A stretch of 27,127 bases of DNA from a virus. Lineage: Duplodnaviria; Caudoviricetes. The DNA lies in the IMG/VR virus record IMGVR_UViG_3300005096_000516, positions 1 to 27,127 of that record. One strand, written 5' to 3'. Below are positions 23,796 to 27,127 of this stretch, in pieces. Position numbers and translations under genes: made by a program. Below the pieces are notes generated by a model. That model searched no databases. It was not told the origin of the DNA and worked only from the letters and a program-made list of their open reading frames with translations. The stretch's first letter is position 1. Each line of letters starts with the position of its first letter.

Positions 23796-24657
23796 TGGTC
23801 AACCCCCTCTTGCGCATGTACTCCCGGATGGCAGCGAACCCCTTCGGCTCACTCGCAGGGCTGGCGCGTGGCTGCAACGCCTGCGGCAGCATAGACGCCA
23901 CCTGCTCCAACGTCGGCGGCTGGCCCTTTTGGCCACGCCAATCGTTGGCATACCACCACGCCTCGAAGTCAGCGACGTGGTTGGCGCCATAGCCGGCCTG
24001 GCGCAATCTCTTGGCAAACCGGCCGATCTTGGGCGCGTTGAGCTTGGGATCCAGAACGCATGTTTTACACAGGGCCTCAAAGATGGGTTGATAACCCGGG
24101 TCGGTTGTGGTCTTTGCGGATCGTTTTTTGCCTGAGCGAGGTGATTTGCGCTGCCGGGGGGACTGGGACGGCGCTGCAGGCGCCGTCAAATCTTTCTCTG
24201 TATCTGAGTCTGTATCTGTCTCTGTATCTGTATCTGGGGGCGTTCCCGAAACGTTACATGACCGTTGCTGTAACGTTTCATCGCCGTTTCGCTCCGCCTC
24301 TCTCTTTCGTTCTCTGTAACGTTTCACCCGCTCTGTGGAGCTATCGCTGGCGAACTGCCGCTTGTCCCAGTTGGTGATGTACCAGATGTCATCCTCATAC
24401 GTGAGCATGCCAAGGCGTTGCATGCACTCCAGCCATTCTTTGATGTTAGCTGCCCCTGTGGCATCTTCCAGGTCAGATAGATCAAGGGGAATGTCACTGT
24501 TCAACATGAGAGCACCGCGTCGCTCGCTCTCACTGGCCAGGGAAAGGAGAATTGCCCACACGCCTACTGCCTCTGCAATGCTACACCCCATCTCCCGAGA
24601 CAGGCGTCTTATCTTTGGATCCCTGTACGTTTCGTTGTAGAACCTGAACCAATCCAT
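23719..24657 (-). CDS. Phage replication initiator (replisome organiser-type N-terminus)
   Basis: MDWFRFYNETYRDPKIRRL, ITNWDKRQFASDSSTERVKRYRERK, DTDTETDTD linker. Confidence 0.85.
   Translation of the reverse strand: MDWFRFYNETYRDPKIRRLSREMGCSIAEAVGVWAILLSLASESERRGALMLNSDIPLDLSDLEDATGAANIKEWLECMQRLGMLTYEDDIWYITNWDKRQFASDSSTERVKRYRERKREAERNGDETLQQRSCNVSGTPPDTDTETDTDSDTEKDLTAPAAPSQSPRQRKSPRSGKKRSAKTTTDPGYQPIFEALCKTCVLDPKLNAPKIGRFAKRLRQAGYGANHVADFEAWWYANDWRGQKGQPPTLEQVASMLPQALQPRASPASEPKGFAAIREYMRKRGLTNGDGAGDAEGDGVIDLGLSEFRAEA
24248..24326. repeat. Iteron-like repeats, putative replication origin
   Basis: CTGTAACGTTTCA at 24268 and 24314, plus inverted GAAACGTTACA at 24248. Confidence 0.6.
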
Positions 24658-24680
24658 GTGCTCGCCTCAATGTGGATGTT

Positions 24681-24703
24681 GGGGGAGGCTTTGCGCCTCC
24701 CCC
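24681..24703. other. Intergenic hairpin upstream of the initiator gene
   Basis: GGGGGAGGC-TTTGC-GCCTCCCCC; no T-tract. Confidence 0.55.
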
Positions 24704-24726
24704 GATGCCAAGCAGCCGCCAACACC

Positions 24727-25080
24727 TCAAACCACGATGCTGATCTTCGGCGGGACGTGTGTCTCCTTCACGAAAGCCAGGATCTCCGGATGGGCCTGGG
24801 CATACCCCATGAGCATCTTGTCGTTCCACGTCCTGCGGGTGTACCCAGAACGGTATCGGATCGTCGCCCATTCCGTCTTGACCGTCCCAGTAATCCCCTC
24901 AAGCTTCGCCTGATACTCTATCATGTGAGTCAGATCGTCCAGACGCTCCCGGTATGGGGCCTCGAGTTCAGCCAGTTGCTGATTCAGCTCATCGATAGCC
25001 CGTCTGATATCAGCCGTGGCTTCTTGCATCTCGTCATAGGTGCCACGATATTCCCTCAGTAGGTCATGTAGCTTATCCAT
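24727..25080 (-). CDS. Hypothetical coiled-coil protein (Gp157/Gam-like, recombination module)
   Basis: Coiled coil then YRSGYTRRTWNDKML..HPEILAF; next to the Rad52-like gene; GAGGGG SD. Confidence 0.6.
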   Translation of the reverse strand: MDKLHDLLREYRGTYDEMQEATADIRRAIDELNQQLAELEAPYRERLDDLTHMIEYQAKLEGITGTVKTEWATIRYRSGYTRRTWNDKMLMGYAQAHPEILAFVKETHVPPKISIVV

Positions 25081-25096
25081 GGCTGTCCCCTCGCAC

Positions 25097-25978
25097 CTAC
25101 CCTAACGGCAGCTCCTGCTGCCCCATGCGCTCCTGCTCTGCCCGAATCAGCTCAGCCATTTGATCGGCGGCCTCAGGACGGATCACGTAGTCGTTCGTGT
25201 CCGGGTCCTTCCCGGCGATCAGCCAATCGAGAACCGCCCGTGCCTCACCCCAGGTGAGTTCCTTCGTGGAGGCCTTGCCGAACACCACCCGCAGGAACGT
25301 GTGCCGGCCCTCGTCCTTCCACTCCGTCGCCTCGGCCAACTTCCCAGCGACCAGGCCGATCTGCGCCTGCGTGGCCGGCTGCTGCTTGCCGTTGGCCGCT
25401 TTCTTTCGCAGCTCAACCACCCACGCCGGCTCACTCACCTTGCCGTTCCCGCCATACAGATCATCGATGTGCTGCTTGTCTGTCTTGCCCTCTCTAGCGG
25501 CCCGATTCCCCATCACGGCTCGCTCTACCGTGATATCGTTCAGCCCCAGACCGAGAGCCGGTCCCAGTGTGCTGGCCGCCCCCTTGATGGCATCCGTGAT
25601 GGCGCCCTCAATGGCCATCCGCACCTGGTTGATCCCGGCCGTCTCGATCTTGCCCTGGATCGGCACCATCCCCACGGCCGGACGCCTGATGCTGATCCCG
25701 TTGGCGAAGTCGAACCAGACGTTGAGTTCGCAGTAATAGAACGCCGCCTTGCCGATCTGTACCAACTCCGGCCATCTCGTGATCTCGTACCCCCATCCGG
25801 CGGGTCCGAAGATCGTGTTGAGCTTATGCTTGACCATCTCGCCGGAGATGTATGGGGCGTCGACGAATTGATCGGGCTGCTTGATCTCACGCACATCGGG
25901 CCATTTTGCCAGCGCCCGGACCTGCTCCTCATACGTGGTCAGGTGTGGCACCTTTCCTTGCATTTTCCGCATATCCAT
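25097..25978 (-). CDS. Rad52/Sak-family single-strand annealing protein with C-terminal extension
   Basis: PYISGEMVKHKLNTIFGPAGWGYEI, AIEGAITDAIKGAASTLG; GGAGG SD. Confidence 0.8.
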   Translation of the reverse strand: MDMRKMQGKVPHLTTYEEQVRALAKWPDVREIKQPDQFVDAPYISGEMVKHKLNTIFGPAGWGYEITRWPELVQIGKAAFYYCELNVWFDFANGISIRRPAVGMVPIQGKIETAGINQVRMAIEGAITDAIKGAASTLGPALGLGLNDITVERAVMGNRAAREGKTDKQHIDDLYGGNGKVSEPAWVVELRKKAANGKQQPATQAQIGLVAGKLAEATEWKDEGRHTFLRVVFGKASTKELTWGEARAVLDWLIAGKDPDTNDYVIRPEAADQMAELIRAEQERMGQQELPLG

Positions 25979-26010
25979 GGTATCCTCCGCATGGACGTGT
26001 TCTGGTTTTG

Positions 26011-26047
26011 GAGGGCGCTCGCGAGTGTCGGGCTCGCGAGCGCCCTC
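26011..26047. other. Perfect 15-bp inverted repeat (hairpin)
   Basis: GAGGGCGCTCGCGAG-TGTCGGG-CTCGCGAGCGCCCTC, 5 nt after the stop at 26053. Confidence 0.75.
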
Positions 26048-26052
26048 GCCGT

Positions 26053-26664
26053 TTACCCCGCCACTCGCCGGATCACCCGGAGCAGCCGATGCCCGTTATG
26101 CCCATTGGCGCTCACGATCACCGGCTCGCTCGGAGACTCCAGCTTCGCCAGGCGCTGCTCCAGCTCGGCCAAGCGCTGGCGCAGGATGCGATTCTCTGCC
26201 CGCAGCACATCTACCTTGTCCTGCAACGCCTGCACGTCCTGGGCGATCTCGCTGCTCAGCGCATCGATCTCCTTGCCCATCTCGTCGAACCGCCGACGAA
26301 GCCGACCGTGAACGTCCACGATGGCGATGTGGTGGTTGGCGAACTGCTCGGCGATCACACACACCACTGCTCCCCACTGCGCCTCCACGTCCTCAGCTAT
26401 GGCGACCAGGCGATCCAGGTAATCGTTGAACTCATCGATGTCCTTGTACCCAGACTCCTTCCCACCGGCTAGTGTGATCTCAGCGCTGTTGAGGCGTGCA
26501 CGATGATCGCCATCTAGCCAGATGCTGCCGTCTTTCCACGGCCGGCCTTTGTGATCAGCCATCTGGGCTACGACACGGGCGATCAGCACGTTGTCGAATG
26601 TGAGTGTCGCTTTGGCGAAAAATCCACCGCCGTTCGTCTCCCGAATGTCCTTCTGAACCTTCAT
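26053..26664 (-). CDS. Hypothetical protein with C-terminal coiled coil
   Basis: ATG 26664 overlaps upstream stop, GGAGGTGG SD; heptads LQDKVDVLRAENRILRQRLAELEQRL. Confidence 0.7.
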   Translation of the reverse strand: MKVQKDIRETNGGGFFAKATLTFDNVLIARVVAQMADHKGRPWKDGSIWLDGDHRARLNSAEITLAGGKESGYKDIDEFNDYLDRLVAIAEDVEAQWGAVVCVIAEQFANHHIAIVDVHGRLRRRFDEMGKEIDALSSEIAQDVQALQDKVDVLRAENRILRQRLAELEQRLAKLESPSEPVIVSANGHNGHRLLRVIRRVAG

Positions 26665-26900
26665 CACGCCACCTCCAACCGTCTGAACTGCGCAAGCTCC
26701 CGCTCCAGCTCCGAGATGTGATGCTGGATGCACTCGATGTGCTCATGGACGTATGCGACAGTGTTGGAGTCGATGTCCGCCCGCTCCCGCCTGCTGCGGA
26801 TATCCAGGAGCGTCTGCACCGCCCGGGCGCTCTTTAACATCCCCTCGGCATGCCTGAACGCATCCACCAGCTCATTGCGATATATCCCGTTCCCGCTCAT
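26664..26900 (-). CDS. Hypothetical early protein
   Basis: 78 aa, AAAGGAGG SD, translationally coupled at both ends. Confidence 0.7.
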   Translation of the reverse strand: MSGNGIYRNELVDAFRHAEGMLKSARAVQTLLDIRSRRERADIDSNTVAYVHEHIECIQHHISELERELAQFRRLEVA

Positions 26901-27127
26901 GATTCCTCCTTTCTGCTCTTGCGGATCTTGTCCATCTCTTGCAGCGCATTGGCCTGCTCCCCCAGCTCGTAGGCCATCTGCGCCAGCAAGATCGCCATTC
27001 GCTCCACACCAGGCCGCTCGCTCAGGATGAGCCCGACGATGCGCCGCATTTTGTGGTTGGCCGCCATAGCTCGGGCCAGGTGCTGATTGTCCACATACCC
27101 GCCTGGGATCGGCTTATGCGTCATCAT
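26897..27127 (-). CDS. Hypothetical early protein
   Basis: 76 aa, stop overlaps the next ATG (ATGA). Confidence 0.65.
   Translation of the reverse strand: MMTHKPIPGGYVDNQHLARAMAANHKMRRIVGLILSERPGVERMAILLAQMAYELGEQANALQEMDKIRKSRKEES

Larger units (their letters stand above)
1..27127. mobile_element. Temperate siphovirus / prophage (partial; immunity region not in window)
   Basis: Integrase plus co-oriented replication, packaging, head and non-contractile tail modules; no sheath gene. Confidence 0.95.

Overview
A near-complete temperate siphovirus/prophage genome segment, GC-rich. The host is plausibly Chloroflexota (inference from gene style and short tandem repeats). The + strand carries a tyrosine integrase (1-900) and a membrane protein. 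Everything else is on the - strand. Reading right to left: early/recombination genes (Rad52/Sak-like), replication (initiator with internal iterons, G39P-like protein, orphan DnaC-like Zn finger), MT-A70 methylase, a frameshifted MazG-like gene, packaging (TerS, TerL, portal, MuF), head (scaffold, P22-type coat), neck with two embedded holin-like genes, and tail (two paralogous tube genes, chaperone pair, 1660-aa tape measure, 847-aa hub/fibre). The - strand run ends with a LuxR-HTH gene and a secreted dockerin-like protein. No recognisable repressor, endolysin or Dit gene lies in the window. Most notable unexplained structure: (i) two matched 'extended -10 promoter / ~70-nt leader / intrinsic terminator' cassettes gating the late genes; (ii) a face-to-face promoter pair with a structured RNA behind the integrase; (iii) 7-mer/8-mer tandem repeats in many late intergenic spacers and in frame-preserving copy number inside two structural genes; (iv) a candidate +1 (not -1) tail-chaperone frameshift. 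All family assignments come from motif recognition, not database searches.
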